Assembly (NCBI GenBank): GCA_038087875.1
Contig: JAXLNO010000149.1
Span: 1 to 64,000, forward strand
Reading direction: 5' to 3'
DNA: 64,000 nucleotides
DNA from: Malacoraja senta
Lineage: Eukaryota
How positions within the stretch are numbered: the first letter of the stretch is position 1; each line of letters begins with the position of its first letter. Shown here one piece after another: positions 36,410 to 49,621 of the stretch. The notes beneath the pieces are model-generated. The model ran no database searches and was not told where the DNA came from. It saw only the letters and a list, made by a program, of their open reading frames with translations. A program made the position numbers and the translations under genes.

Positions 36410-38027
36410 CATATAGTGGAAACGACAACCTAGAAGGAAATACTACCTACGGCGGAAAGCAAACGAGGAACTGATCAATGCAGGTAGAGAAAAATGCTGG
36501 AGAAACTCAGCGGGTGAGGCAGCATCTATGGAGCGAAGGAGGAAAGGTTTCACCCTGAAACGTTGCCTATTTCCTTCGCTCCATAGATGGTGCCTCACCC
36601 GCTGAGTTTCTCCAGCATTTTTGTATACCTTCGATTTTTCAGCATCTGCAGTTCCTTCTTAAACAACTGATCAATGCAGACCTGGATGCTTTACGGGACC
36701 ATTATCTGTCAATAGGGGATGCTTCTATTCAGGAGAAGTGGGACACTGGTGAAACTGAAATAAAGCAGATCATGGAGTGACATAATCCAAAAAAGACAGC
36801 AGCCAAACCAAATACCCTACCCTGGTTCACCAGACATCACCACAGACTCAGACGTAAGAAACAGAGGGCAAACAATAAAGCAAAGAAGATACAAGACAAA
36901 GAAGATTGGGGTTCCTTTGTAAATTGCCGGAAGGAAATGAGGAAAGCTCTGAATAAAGCTGAACAAGACTTTGTATCAAACAACCTTACCACAGCAATGA
37001 AAGAAATGTTTAACAATTTTGGTCTGATATGAAACGTTTGGGTAACTGAGAGAAGGGAGTTGCAGACGTCATGGTGAACAACACAGTTGTAAGTGATGGG
37101 AAAGGGAAGTCCGAAGCACTTAATGCTCAATTCACCAGTGTATTTACAAGGTAAAAAAAGTCATACATTCCATCGATGGGAACCAGTAACCTACAGGATA
37201 TCCCTGAACTAGTGATCCATGAGGCAGGAGTATTAACACAACTACAGAACCTAATGGCAAACAAAGCAGCGGGCCCAGATCAGTTGCCACCATGGTTTCT
37301 AAAGATGTTCACATCGAAAATAACACTCATACTCACAGATTCATTCCAGTCCTCAAATTGATTGTGGGTCACTACCACGACAGTGGAAGGAAGCAAACAT
37401 CTGTGCAATATTTAAGAAGGGCAATAAGGCTGCGCCTGAGAATTACAGACCAATTTCACTGACCAGTGTTACATGTAAGATCATGGAACACATCATACAC
37501 TCTCACATCATGGACCATTTCCAAAAGAATGGGATACTGGTGGACTCACAACATGGCTTCAGAGCAAAACGTTCAACGGAAACACAACTTGTTGTCACTA
37601 TTGATGACATCACGAGGGCATTAGATAAGGGGAAATCTATACATATGGCAATCCTGGACTTTTCAAAAGCATTCGATAAAGTTCCTCATGAAAGACTCCT
37701 AGGAAAACTGGATTACTGTGGCATCAGAAATAATGTACATAACAGGATTAGGGACTTTCTCACAAACCAGACCTGCGAAGAGGGTGGCCTGTGAAGGAAA
37801 CATTTCTTTAGAAGAACAAGTACTGTCAGGAGTACCGCAAGGCACGGTCCTTGGACCACTGTTGTTCCTGACGTACATTAATGATCTACCTGAACACATA
37901 AATTGTAAAACAAGACTCTTCACAGATGATTGTCTTGTATATACACCTGTCACTGAAGCAGAGGATATGAACTCCTTATAAGAAGACCATAAGTCCTTGG
38001 AAATAAGGCAAAACACATGGAAGATGG
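36410..38027 (+). mobile_element. Divergent CR1-group LINE ORF2 remnant, copy 1
   Basis: [36 protein letters not shown] and PQGTVLGPLLF. Duplicate of 45800-47428. Confidence 0.88.
36484..36664. mobile_element. 181-bp foldback Penelope pLTR-derived insert with 15-bp TSD (duplicate at 45894-46074)
   Basis: AACTGATCAATGCAG flanks the insert at 36469-36483/36665-36679 and at 45879-45893/46075-46089. Inverted arms are about 58 bp. Confidence 0.85.
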
Positions 38028-38471
38028 GGTGGGTAGGGACAAGATTCGACAGACATTAGGGTCCGAACTTTGTTGTCGGTGGACTTTAGGACCCGGTGGA
38101 GACGGAGCTCAGGACCCGCCGCCCGCGGCTGCTGCTGAACCCGCGGGAAGGGAGATTGTTTCAATCTTTATATTTTCACAAAAGTAATTTCTGTTCCGTT
38201 GCCGGACGCGGTTAACGCGTTAAAATGAACGGATCGACAGACAGACAGACAGACAGCTCTGATTTCAGTTGCTGTTTATTTCACTCTTCCCACATTTACA
38301 TTCCCCCTGGTTTTATTTCCGCGCTCACTCACTGGGGTTTGTTTCACGACGCGGAATTTGGGGATTAAATGGGAGCCGTTCGTTCAGCGCCGACCTGTTG
38401 TCCACCGGGTTTCTGCCCCACAGCCCCTGGCTGAGCCCCGCTCCTGACGCCGGTCCCGGGACCCGACCCTT

Positions 38472-38994
38472 TTACACACCCGGAGCGGAACCGGAGCAGA
38501 TTCTCAGCCAGTTTAAAGCCCAAGGCCAGAAGAGAGGATAAAGTTTCTCCGTGAATTTATTCCCAGTGAAGGTGTGGAGATGGGACTTGGTGTCCGCGTC
38601 GTAAAATGAAACTGTCCCGGACTCGTAACTGAGATAAACTCCCACCCTCCCGGGGATGGGACGGGCGGGGAGAGGGGATGGAGGGGAGGTGGCTGCAACA
38701 AACCCGTCATCCCACCGCCAGATGCTCCAGACTCCAGGGTCAGTGTGACCCCTCCCTTCCTCTCCACAGACTCTGCGGCGACTCCCAGACACCAGCGCCG
38801 ACTCCCCGCCACCTCCACCTCCCAGTAATGTCTCCCCGATGTGAATCCCTCCGATCCCAGCACACACTCCCAGACTGTAAACCTCTTCCCGGTGTCAGGG
38901 AGACTCCTCACGGTCCCGGTATATCTCACCCTCTTCCGATCCTCAGACACCTCGAGCTGCGCATGCGCTGTTTCCACATCCAGGGTGACGTAGA
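38472..38994 (-). CDS. TRIM exon 6: B30.2/PRY-SPRY, frameshifted
   Basis: [22 protein letters not shown]...[18 protein letters not shown] in one frame and VWSI...[16 protein letters not shown]...KLYPLF...[11 protein letters not shown] in another. Confidence 0.9.
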
Positions 38995-39795
38995 CTGGGG
39001 GGAGAAGCAGAGAATCAGAGAGTCAGTCCCCGGGGGTCGGGGGGAGACTCGGGCACAGGCGGGCGGACAACTGAAACCTTGCCCGGGGTTTCACCCACAA
39101 CAACATCGGGTGGACAACAGACATGTGTCACGGAGTTTTTAATCTGGGGATGGAGAGGGGAATTTCGTGAGGTGGGGGAGGGTGGACGAGTGCGGAGAGT
39201 GAGGAGGATTGCGAGATTGCGATGGGGATGGAGGAATGAAGCGGGCTATTCAGAGATGGAGGCATGTCGGAGAAGAAGATATTGAGGTGAGTGGCAATTT
39301 GAAGTTGTTAGAGAGGAGATAGAGGTGTGGGGTGGAGTCGCCATGATCATAGTGAATGGGGGTAGACATGAGGGGCCAGATGACCTGCTCCTGTTTCTTT
39401 GAGTGGAGGGTGAGGGGGGGGGCGGGGTGGCTTGGACCATGGAAGGTAGCAGAGGTTGAATGATCGGGTGTTAGACAGAATGGGTGGAGATGATAATATC
39501 CGAGTTAATAGCAATATATTTTATAATTAGAATTGATTCAATCAAGATTAATTTGACTTATTTGGGTTCTGAGGAAACTAAAGCTTTGTAATTCTGTGCT
39601 GTACAAGAGCTGGGTAATCAGGAAGTTAGAGGCCGGCATTCAAGCTGCTTCCTGTTATGCCCAAGCAAAAAAAAACATTTCAATAGTGAGAGAGGATGTA
39701 TTTCCTGAGAAGGTGGTAGCTTCTGTAAACAGAAGCCTTCTGGTTGGTAGCTGACATCATGATTACATTGTTAAGACAGAATTGTAAATGTTGAC

Positions 39796-39904
39796 GGTAC
39801 ACAAAAATGCTGGAGAAACCAGCAGCATCTATGGAGCGAAGGAAATAGGCAATGTTTCGGGCTGAAACCCTTCTTCAGACTGATAGGGGGTGGGGAGAAG
39901 AGAA
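39796..39904 (-). mobile_element. Short Penelope pLTR-derived insert with 12-bp TSD
   Basis: GTAAATGTTGAC at 39784-39795 and 39905-39916. The paralogue at 7271 has the empty site GTAAATATTGAC. Confidence 0.85.
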
Positions 39905-42439
39905 GTAAATGTTGACTAAGTTCCTGTTGTTTCAAAGTTTGTGATCAACAATTTGTGATTGATAGAACCACAAGATGACAATTATTGTATTAGTAACAAG
40001 AATACTTTGAATGGGTATACTCTGTCATTTATTTGTGTTAGATGTCAATGTTGCTACTCTGTATAAACATGTCCCTACGTTTCCAAAATACTATACATTG
40101 ATGCTGTATGTCTTGTTCATTAGAGTGGTGGTTCAGGAAGGTTAAGTATCTGTTGGATACTTTACTTTGTATCCCTGGCACTCGCTGGCTAATGATCAGT
40201 AAAGCTTGTGTTGGTGTACCTAACCTATTGTGAGTTGTCTGTTTTAAGAAATGAACCTTAACAGAGACTTGTGGTTGTCAGGTCACTGAAAGAGAGGGGA
40301 TTCACAGGTGGATTTGATGGATTTGGACAATGAACAACACACTGATTTCATTTTTAACCAATACAGAACTTCACTGTGAGACTTGACAGTATAAGGCTGG
40401 TCCAGAAAGTAAAGGCAGGTGGGATCAAAGGCGAGCTGGTAAAATGGATCCAAAATTGGCTTGGTGGTTGGGTTGAATGTAGCGGTAGAAGGATGATATT
40501 TCTGCTTGGAGGTCTGTGACTGGTTGAGTGCAGCAGAGATTGGTGCTGCAACCTTTGCTGTTTATGTTATATTTTCACGGCTTGGATGTGAATGTAGCAG
40601 GTGTGATTAGTAAGTCTGTGGAGGACGCAGAAATTGTGGATAGCAGGGAAGGTTGTCAAAGTCTGCAGCAGGATATCGGGCAGATTATCAAAACCGTATT
40701 CGCATGCAGAGAGATCAGATCAAGAGAGTGCAGGTTTATCATGAGAGCAAGGAATTTTAAAGTGGGTCTGAGTTGGAAGTTTTCTTTACACTGAGAGTGG
40801 GTGATATCTGGGACATGCTACAGAGGAGTTGGTGGAGTGAGATACAATCACTATATTTGTGGCAATTAAATACATGAGGTGCAGAAGAATACCGATGTAA
40901 TGTGAGCAAATCGATTAGTATATCTGGGGAAAAGGTGGACAAGCATGTGATGGGCCAAAGGGCCTGATTCTGTAATGTACAACCATGGCTCTCGGCTTCA
41001 AGAGCACTGAATGACTGAGTCTCCACAGCCACCAGTCCAGGGAATTCCAAAGGTTCCCCAGTCACTGCGTGCAGTAATGTCTCCTTATCTCTGTCCTACT
41101 TGGTGCCGCCCACATTCTGAGATGGTGCCCGTTCCCCAGACCCCTCAGACAGGGGAAACATCCACCCTGCATCCAGCCCACTGAGCCCTGTAAGAACTTT
41201 GTGTTTCACTGAGATCTCCTCCTATACACCCGAACTCTCGAGTACACAGGGCTAGTCTACTCAAACTCATTGTCCCAGGAACAAGTATTGTTAATCTTTG
41301 CTGCATTTCCTCTGTGTCAAGTCTGTGTCAATTTATCGGTACACAGTAGCATAGGAACACAAGAAAACAGGAGCAGGATTAGGATCTGCTCCTCAGGCTT
41401 GCCCCTCCATTCAATGTGATCATGGCTGATCTAAGTTGGCACCAATTCCTCTTCTGTGTGAGTTCCCCATAATCTTAAGTTTTCCATCTATCAAATATTT
41501 ATTTTTAGCCAAATTGCAGATATCCAATAACTCAGCTTTTCATCACCATCTTGGGCACAATATTCCAGATATCCACTGCCCTCTGAGAGAAGCAACTTCT
41601 ACACACCGCATGAGAGGCCGCTCTGGAAGGTTGGATCTCATGGAATCCGGGATGAACTAGCCGATGCAATACAACATTTACCTGAAGGTCGCAGACAGAG
41701 GATGTTGGTAGAGGGTCGTTTTTCAGACTGGAGACAGAGTCCACTGTTGTTCCTTATTGATATACATGATTGGGTGTGTATGTAGGTTGCTCGGTTAGTC
41801 AGTTTGCAGATGAAACTAAAATTGGTGACATTGTGGAGAGTGAAGAAAGTTATCTGAGAGTAAATGGGATCCCTGTGAACTGGGCCAATGGGCCCAGGAA
41901 CGGTAGGTGGGATTTATTAATGTGAAGGTGAGGTGATGCACTTTGCTGAGACAAACCAGGGCAGGACATACACAGTAAACTGGGAACTTTATAGAACTGA
42001 GAGATCTCGGGCTGCAGGTACACAGTGCCATGGAAGATGCAACAGTGACAGGCAGGGTGGTGAAGAATGTGTTTGTCACTCATGCTTTATAGGTCAGGAT
42101 ATTAAATACAGCGTTTGACACAATGAGGTTGTTAGCAAATGAGAGAGGTTACAAAAGGATTTATGATAATTTCATTGTCTGAAGGGCTGGGTTATAAGGA
42201 GATGTTGGACAGGCAAGTATATTTTTCTTTGGAGCCCATCAGGATACTTTTATAGATGTGTATAAGATCTATATAAGGTGCACAGATAAGGGGAATAGCC
42301 ACAGTATTTTACCCAGGGCAGGAGAGTCTAAACCTCTGACTGATGCTTCCCAACTGATGAGTTTAGTGGTAGATCAAATCTCCAATTTCCCTTCAGTCCA
42401 CAATAGAATTAATCTTTGCATCTAGGTATTGGTTAAAGC

Positions 42440-44228
42440 TGTATAGGAATGAACTGCAGATGCTGGTTTCAACCGAAGATAGACTCAAAAAGCAGGCGTA
42501 ACTCAGCGGGACAGGCGGCATCTCTGGAGAGAAGGAATGGGTGACGTTTTGGTTCAAGACCCTTCTTCAGACTGGTTATGGATAAGGGAATCAAGAGATA
42601 TTGGCGATGATGTAAAGAGATAAAGAACAATGAATGGAGGATATGCAAAAAAATAATGATGAGATGAAACAGGCCATTGTTAGCTATTTGTTAGGTGAAA
42701 ATTAGAAACTAGTGTGTCTTGGGTGGGGAGGGAAAGAGTGAGAGGGAATGCTGGGGCTACCTGAAGTTAGAGAAATCAACAGATGAGATGCTGATCCTCC
42801 AATTTGCATTCATCCTCACTCTGACAATGGAGGAGACCTAGGACAGAAAGGTCTGTGTGGGAATGGGAAGGAAAACTAAAGTGTTTAGCCACCGAGAGAT
42901 CAGGTAGGTTCAGGCAGACTGAGCGAAGGTGTTCAGTGAAACGATCGCCCAGTCTGCGTTTGGTCTCATCGATGTATAAGAGTCCACATCTTGAACAATG
43001 GATACAGTAGATGAGGTTGGAGGAGGTGCAAGTGAACCTCTGCCTAACCTGAAAGGACTGTTGGGGTTCCTGGACAGAGTCAAGAGAGGAGGTGTTGGGA
43101 CCGGTGTTGCATCTTCTGCGGTTGCAGGGGAATGTACTGGGGAGGGAGTGGTTTAGGTGGGAAGGGATGAGTTAACCAAGGAGTTGCAGAGGAAATGGTC
43201 TTTGCGGAAGGTAGAATGGGGAGGAAGGGAAAATGTGGCTAGTGGTGGGATCCCGTTGGAGGTGGCGGAAATTTTGGAGGATTATGTGCTGTGTGTGGCG
43301 GCGGATGGGGTGAAAGGTAAGGACAAGGGGGACTCTGTCTAAGTTGTGACTAGGGGGAGGGGGGCAAGGGCAGAGCTGTGGGGTATCGAGGAGACATGAG
43401 TGTGGGCCTCATCTATGATGGGAGAGGGGAAACCCCGTTCTCAAAAGAATGAGGACATCTCGGATTTCCTGGTATGGAACGCCTCATCTTGGGTGCAGAT
43501 GCGGCATAGACGGAGGAATTGGGAGTAGGGGATAGAGTCTATGCATGAAGCAGGGTAGGGAGAAGTGTAGTCGAGATAGTTGTGGGAGTCAGTGGGTTTG
43601 TAATAGACATCTATCGATAGTCTATTTCCTGTGATGGAGACTGTGAGATCAAGAAAGGGGAGGGAGGTGTCGGTGATGGTTCAAGTGAATTTGATTGCAG
43701 GAGGGAAATTAGTGGTGAAGTTGATGGTCCATGATTTCTGCATGGGTGCAGGAGGTAGCACCAATGCAGTCATCAATGTAATGGAGATAGAGTTCGGGGA
43801 TAGGGCCTTGGACTTGGAGGAAGTGGAAGGATTCGAAGGAGGTTATTAAGAGTGAGAACCAGCTCCGCTAGGCGGAGAAGTGTTAGCAGAGGGAAATTGG
43901 ATGGTTCTGCGGTCGAGGAAGAAATGGTGGACTTTAAGGCCTTCCTGGTGGGGGATGGAGCTGTAGAGTGAATGAACGTCCATGGTAAAGATGAGGGGGT
44001 GGGTGCTCTGAAAGCAGAAGTCATTAAAGGGACGAAGGGCATGTGAGGTATCTTGGACATAGGTCGGTAGGGATAGGACCAGGGGGGATAGGATGGAGTC
44101 GAGGTACGTGGAAATCATTTCAGTAGGGCAGGAGCAGGCAGAAACAATGGATCTGCCAGGGCAGTTGTGTTTATGGATTTTGTGGGGAAGTTCAAACCGG
44201 GCTGTGCGAGGCTGGGAAATTATAAGGT
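42440..44228 (-). mobile_element. Penelope-like retroelement (RT, GIY-YIG, pLTR), degenerate
   Basis: RT: ISTYLDSILSPLV.SLPTYVQDT...IFTMDVHSLYSSIPH. GIY-YIG: LIYCIHCSRCGLLYIDETKRRLGDRFTEHLR. Hammerhead-like core at about 42541-42572. Confidence 0.9.
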
Positions 44229-44294
44229 GTTACGTGTCAGGTGTACGGCATAAACATGTCAAAAACAAGAATATGGAAAATGTATAAGCATTAC

Positions 44295-44413
44295 CTCGCT
44301 TGAAGTCCTCAGATATTCCTTTGAATATGGTGTTGAACGAAACAGAGCAATGAAACTTTTCAATCGTGAAGGCTTCATCTACCACCGACAGTGGTTTGGC
44401 TTCATCACGAACC
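44295..44413 (-). CDS. TRIM exon 5 (119 nt)
   Basis: Acceptor ttccAG, VRDEAKPLSVVDEAFTIEKFHCSVSFNTIFKGISEDFKR, donor GTaatg; phase 2-1. Confidence 0.85.
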
Positions 44414-44510
44414 CTGGAAATATTTAACAGCTGGTTATAAACTGAGCATTAGAAATGTTTTGCGCTGTTCCACAAAAACATACAATGTTTTCATCAAGAC
44501 AATGTCCTAC

Positions 44511-44533
44511 CTTCGCTTGCGCCCAGCTTCCTC
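44511..44533 (-). CDS. TRIM exon 4 (23 nt, EEAGRKR)
   Basis: tttcAG | GAGGAAGCTGGGCGCAAGCGAAG | GTagga; a 23-nt linker exon is typical of class IV TRIMs. Confidence 0.85.
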
Positions 44534-44544
44534 CTGAAAGAAAT

Positions 44545-47500
44545 AAAACACAAATCTCAATTGATTGAGATGGACCATCCTCATCCCTACAGCGGGAATT
44601 TCACCAGATTTCTGTAACCTTCTGATAAACCCCATTTCCCAACTCTTATCGCCACTGTCATTCAGACAGAAAGCGGATATTGCCGCCGAGGTGTGGAACA
44701 ATGGGGGAAAACAGAAGGAATGTTCATGAGAATTACGGCATAACTGAGAGGATGGAACTTACAGAAAAGACTGGGCAGGTCGTGGGATTTCATCTAGAGA
44801 AGATGTCAGGAATGATGGGACAGAATTTAATATTATCGGTGGATTTAAATGGGTGTTTGTGAAATAATATCTCAAATCGAAAGGGAGACCAATAAGTAAA
44901 GCTGAAATGTAACGTGGTCTTCAATAAATACTGAAAGGAATGCAGTCATGAAAACATGGACTGCGAGACCACATCTGGAGTATTGTGTCCAGTTTTGGTC
45001 TCCTAATTTGAGGAAGGACATCCTTGTGATTGAGAAAGTGCAGCGTAGGTTCATGAGATTGATCCCTGGGATGGCGGGACTGTCATATGATGAAAGATTG
45101 AAAAGACTAGGCTTGTATTCACTAGTGTTTAGAAGCATGAGGGGGGGTCCTATAGAAACATATAAAAATATAAAAGGACTGGACAAGCTAGATGCAGGAA
45201 AAATGTCCCCAATGTTGGGCGAGTCCAGAACCAGGGGCCACAGTCTTAGAATAAAGGGGAGGTCATTTAATACTGAGGTGAGAAAAAACTTTTACACCCA
45301 GAGAGTTGTGAATTTATGGAATTCCCTGCCACAGAGGGCAGTGGAGGCCCAGTCACTGGATGGATTTAAGAGAGAGTTAGATAGAGCTCTAGGGGCTAGT
45401 GGAGTCAAGGGATATGGGGAGAAGGCATGCACGGGTTATTGATAGGGGACGATCAGCCATGATCACAATGAATGGCGGGGCTGGCTCGAAGGACCGAATG
45501 GCCTCATCCTGCACCTATTTTCTATGTTTCTATCCCCAATCAGTAACCCGTTCCTGCCTTCTCCCCATATCCCCTGACTCCTCTATCTTCAAGAGCCCTA
45601 TCTGGCTCTCTCTTGAAAGTATCCAGGGAATTGGCCTCCACTGCCTTCTGTGGCAGAGAATTCCACAGACTCACAACTCTCTGGGTGAAGAGGTTTTTCC
45701 ACATCACACATGAAGTGGGAGGGGGGAGGGGGAGGGGAGGGGGGAGATTAATGAACTGCCAGGGCCAGATTAAGGCCTCTAGGCCCTGAACAGAAAATAT
45801 TATGGTGCCCCCATATAGTGGAAACGACAACCTAGAAGGCCAGAAGGAAATACTACGTACGGCGGAAAGCAAACGAGGAACTGATCAATGCAGGTAGACA
45901 AAAATGCTGGAGAAACTCAGCAGGTGAGGCAGCATCTATGGAGCGAAGGAGGAAAGGTTTCAGCCCGAAACGTTGCCTATTTCCTTCGCTCCATAGATGG
46001 TGCCTCACCCGCTGAGTTACTCCAGCATTTTTGTCTACCTTCGATTTTTCAGCATCTGCAGTTCCTTCTTAAACAACTGATCAATGCAGACCTGGATGCT
46101 TTACGGGACCATTATCTCTCAATGGGGAATGCTTCTCTATTCAGGAGAAGTGGGACACTGGTGAAACTGAAATAAAGCAGAGCATGGAGAAACATAATCC
46201 AAAAAAGACAGCAGCCAAACCAAATGCCCTACCCTGGTTCACCAGACATCACCACAGACTCAGACGTAAGAAACAGAGGGCATACAATAAAGCAAAGAAG
46301 ACACAAGACAGATTGGGGTTCATTTGTAAATTGCCGGAAGGAATTAAGGAAAGCTCTGAATAAAGCCAAACAAGACTTTGTATCAAACAATCTTACCACA
46401 GCAATGAAAGAAAGCGTCAAATAATTTTGGTCTTATATGAAACGTTTGGGTAATGGAGAGAAGGGAGTTGCAGACGTCATGGTGAACAACACAGTTGTAA
46501 GTGACGGGAAAGGGAAGGACGAAGCACTTAATGCTCAATTCACCAGTGTATTTACGAGGGAAAACAAGTCATACATTCCATCAATGGGAACCAGTAACAT
46601 ACAGGATATCCTGAACTAGTGATACATGAGGCAGGAGTACTAACACAACTACAGAACCTAATGCCAAACAAATCAGCGGGCCCAGATCAGTTGCCACCAT
46701 GGTTTCTAAAGATGTTCGCATCGAAAATAGCACCTATACTCACAGATTCATTCCAGTCCTCAATTGATTGTGGGTCACTACCACGACAGTGGAAGGAAGC
46801 AAACATCTGTGCAATATTTGTGAAGGACAATAAGGCTGCGCCTGAGAATTACAGACCAGTTTCACTGACCAGTGTTACATGTAAGATCATGGAACACATC
46901 ATACACTCTCACATCATGGACCATTTCCAAAAGAATGGGATACTGGTGGACTCACAACATGGCTTCAGAGCAAAACGTTCAACGGAAACACAACTTGTTG
47001 TCACTATTGATGACATCACAAGGGCATTAGATAAGGGGAAATCTATACATATGGCAATCCTGGACTTTTCAAAAGCATTCGCTAAAGTTCCTCATGAAAG
47101 GCTCCTAGGAAAACTTGATTACTATGGCATCAGAAATAGTCTACATAACAGGATTAGGGACTTTCTCACAAACCGGACGCAGAGGGTGGCCTGTGAAGGA
47201 AACATTTCTTTAGAAGAACAAGTACTGTCAGGAGTACCGCAAGGCACGGTCCTTGGACCACTGTTGTTCCTGACGTACATTAATGATCTACCTGAACACA
47301 TAAATTGTAAAACAAGACTCTTCGCAGATGGTTGTCTTGTATATACACCTGTCACTGATGTAGAGGATATGAACTCCTGATAAGAAGACCATAAGTCCTT
47401 GGAAATAAGGCAACACACATGGAAGATGAGCTTCAACCCAACCAAATGCTCAATTATGGTAATTTCAAACAAGAAGAAACCACCTACTCGAGACTACGTC

Positions 47501-49310
47501 TTCTGTGGACAAATACTTCATCGTACAAGTTCACAGCCATACCTTGGAGTTCATCTTGATAGCAAGCTTTCGTGGGGGGAACACATGGACAACACGGTCT
47601 CTAAAGCCAACCAGACACTAGGATTCCTTGGACGAAACCTCTGGTTCTGCCCAAAGGAAGTGAAAACCACAGCATATACAACATTGGTTAGACACTTACT
47701 GGAATACGCTTCATGCGCCTGGGACCCATACAAAACTGGTCATATCAACAAACTAGAAGGGGTACAGAGGAAAGCAGCACGCTTTTGCATCGGGAACTAC
47801 AATAGTGGTAGCAGTGTCGCCCAGATGCTGTCCGACCTGGAGTGGGAAACGCTGGAAACAAGAAGGGCAAGGAACAGACTAGCCATGTTGTACAAGATTC
47901 AAAAGGGGATGGTGGGCATAACTGCAGATAGATACATATCATACTCAACAGAAAGGAGAACAAGAGAAATGATATGCAAATATAAACCCAATTCGCCAGG
48001 ACAGATATTTATTAGAACTCATTCTTTGTAAGAACTTTAAAGGAATGGAATAAACTAGACAACAATATAGTTAAATCATCTTCTCTAGACAGTTTTAGGG
48101 GGGGCACTGTAAAGAGGAGTCATAACACACTGTGCCTTTACTACTGTTTATTCATGATACACATACTTTGCTGCCCTAGCTGTTCGTGGTCTGTCACCGG
48201 AACCAGAGAGAGAGCACTGGGTGGGAAGGTTGTAATTATACTAGTGATGTGGGGAGTGGTTAGTAGTGGTGAGGTCACTATGTTAAAGATACATGCACAT
48301 GTCATCTACATCCTTCCCCTTGGAAATAAAAAACAATTGAGATGGACCATCCTCATCCCGACAGCGGGAATTTCACCAAATTTCTGTAACCCTCTGATAA
48401 ATCCCATTTCTCAACTCTTATCGCCACTGTCATGCAGACAGAAAGCGGATATTCCCGCCGAGGTGTGGAACAATGGGGGAAAACATAAGGAATGTTCATG
48501 AGAATGACGGCATAACTGAGAGGATGGAACTTACAGAAAAGACTGGGCAGGTCGTGGGATTTCATCTAGAGAAGATGTCAGGAATGATGGGACAGAATTT
48601 AATATTATCGGTGGATTTAAATGGGTGTGAATGAAATAATATCTCAAATCGAAAGGGAGACCAATAAGTAAAGCTGAAATGTAACGTGGTCTTCAATAAA
48701 TACCGAAAGGAATGCAGTCATGAAAACATGGACTGCGAGACCACATCGGGAGTATTGTGCCCAATTTGGTCTCCTAATTTGAGGAAGGACATCCTTGTGA
48801 TTGAGGTAGTGCAGCGTAGGTTGATGAGATTGATCCCTGGGATGGTGGGACTGTCATATGATGAAAGATTGAAAAGACTAGGCTTGTATTCACTAGTGTT
48901 TAGAAGGATGAGGGGGATCTTATAGAAACATATAAAAATATAAAAGGACTGGACAAGCTAGATGCACGAAAAATGTTCCCAATGTTGGGCGAGTCCAGAA
49001 CCAGGGGCCACAGTCTTAGAATAAAGGGGAGGTCATTTAATACCGAGGTGAGAAAAAACATTTACACCCAGAGAGTTGTGAATTTATGGAATTCCCTGCC
49101 ACAGAGGGCAGTGGAGGCCCAGTCACTGGATGGATTTAAGAGAGAGTTACATAGAGCTCTAGGGGCTAGTGGAGTCAGGGGATATGGGGAGAAGGAAGGC
49201 ACCGGTTATTGATTGGGGACCATCAGCCATGACGACAATGAATGGCGGTGCTGGCTCGAAGGGCCGAATGGCCTCCTCCTGCACCTATTTTCTATGTTTC
49301 TACGTTTCTA
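44545..49310 (+). repeat. About 1-kb direct repeat pair (about 44545-45530 and about 48323-49310) in TRIM intron 3
   Basis: Both copies contain ATTGAGATGGACCATCCTCATCCC and continue through the same CR1 3' fragment. Confidence 0.9.
45800..48110 (+). mobile_element. Divergent CR1-group LINE ORF2 to 3' end, copy 2
   Basis: ORFs 46619-47380 and 47399-48031: RT motifs, PYLGVHL and AYTTLVRHLLEYASCAWDP. Confidence 0.9.
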
Positions 49311-49621
49311 TGACCTCACTTGCATTGAAGGGACTGAAGTCAACAGCAGAGATAAATTTAAGTGCAAGCGGGATAAACACGTGAGCGCTCTTGGAATTCG
49401 GGGTATTGTTACCGGGTGTGGAGAGTAGATGGGAGCGATGATGAGTGGAGCAGAAAACTTGACTGGATAGGATGGGCCGAATGGCCTGTCTATGATGTAG
49501 AATGGGACAAAACAAACTGAGCAAATTCCCCCAAGGTGACCACCCACTGCTGATGGGAACTGGATATAGATGATCAATCTGATGTGTGCGCCACGTTCTA
49601 GATTTCAATGTTAATCCCCAC

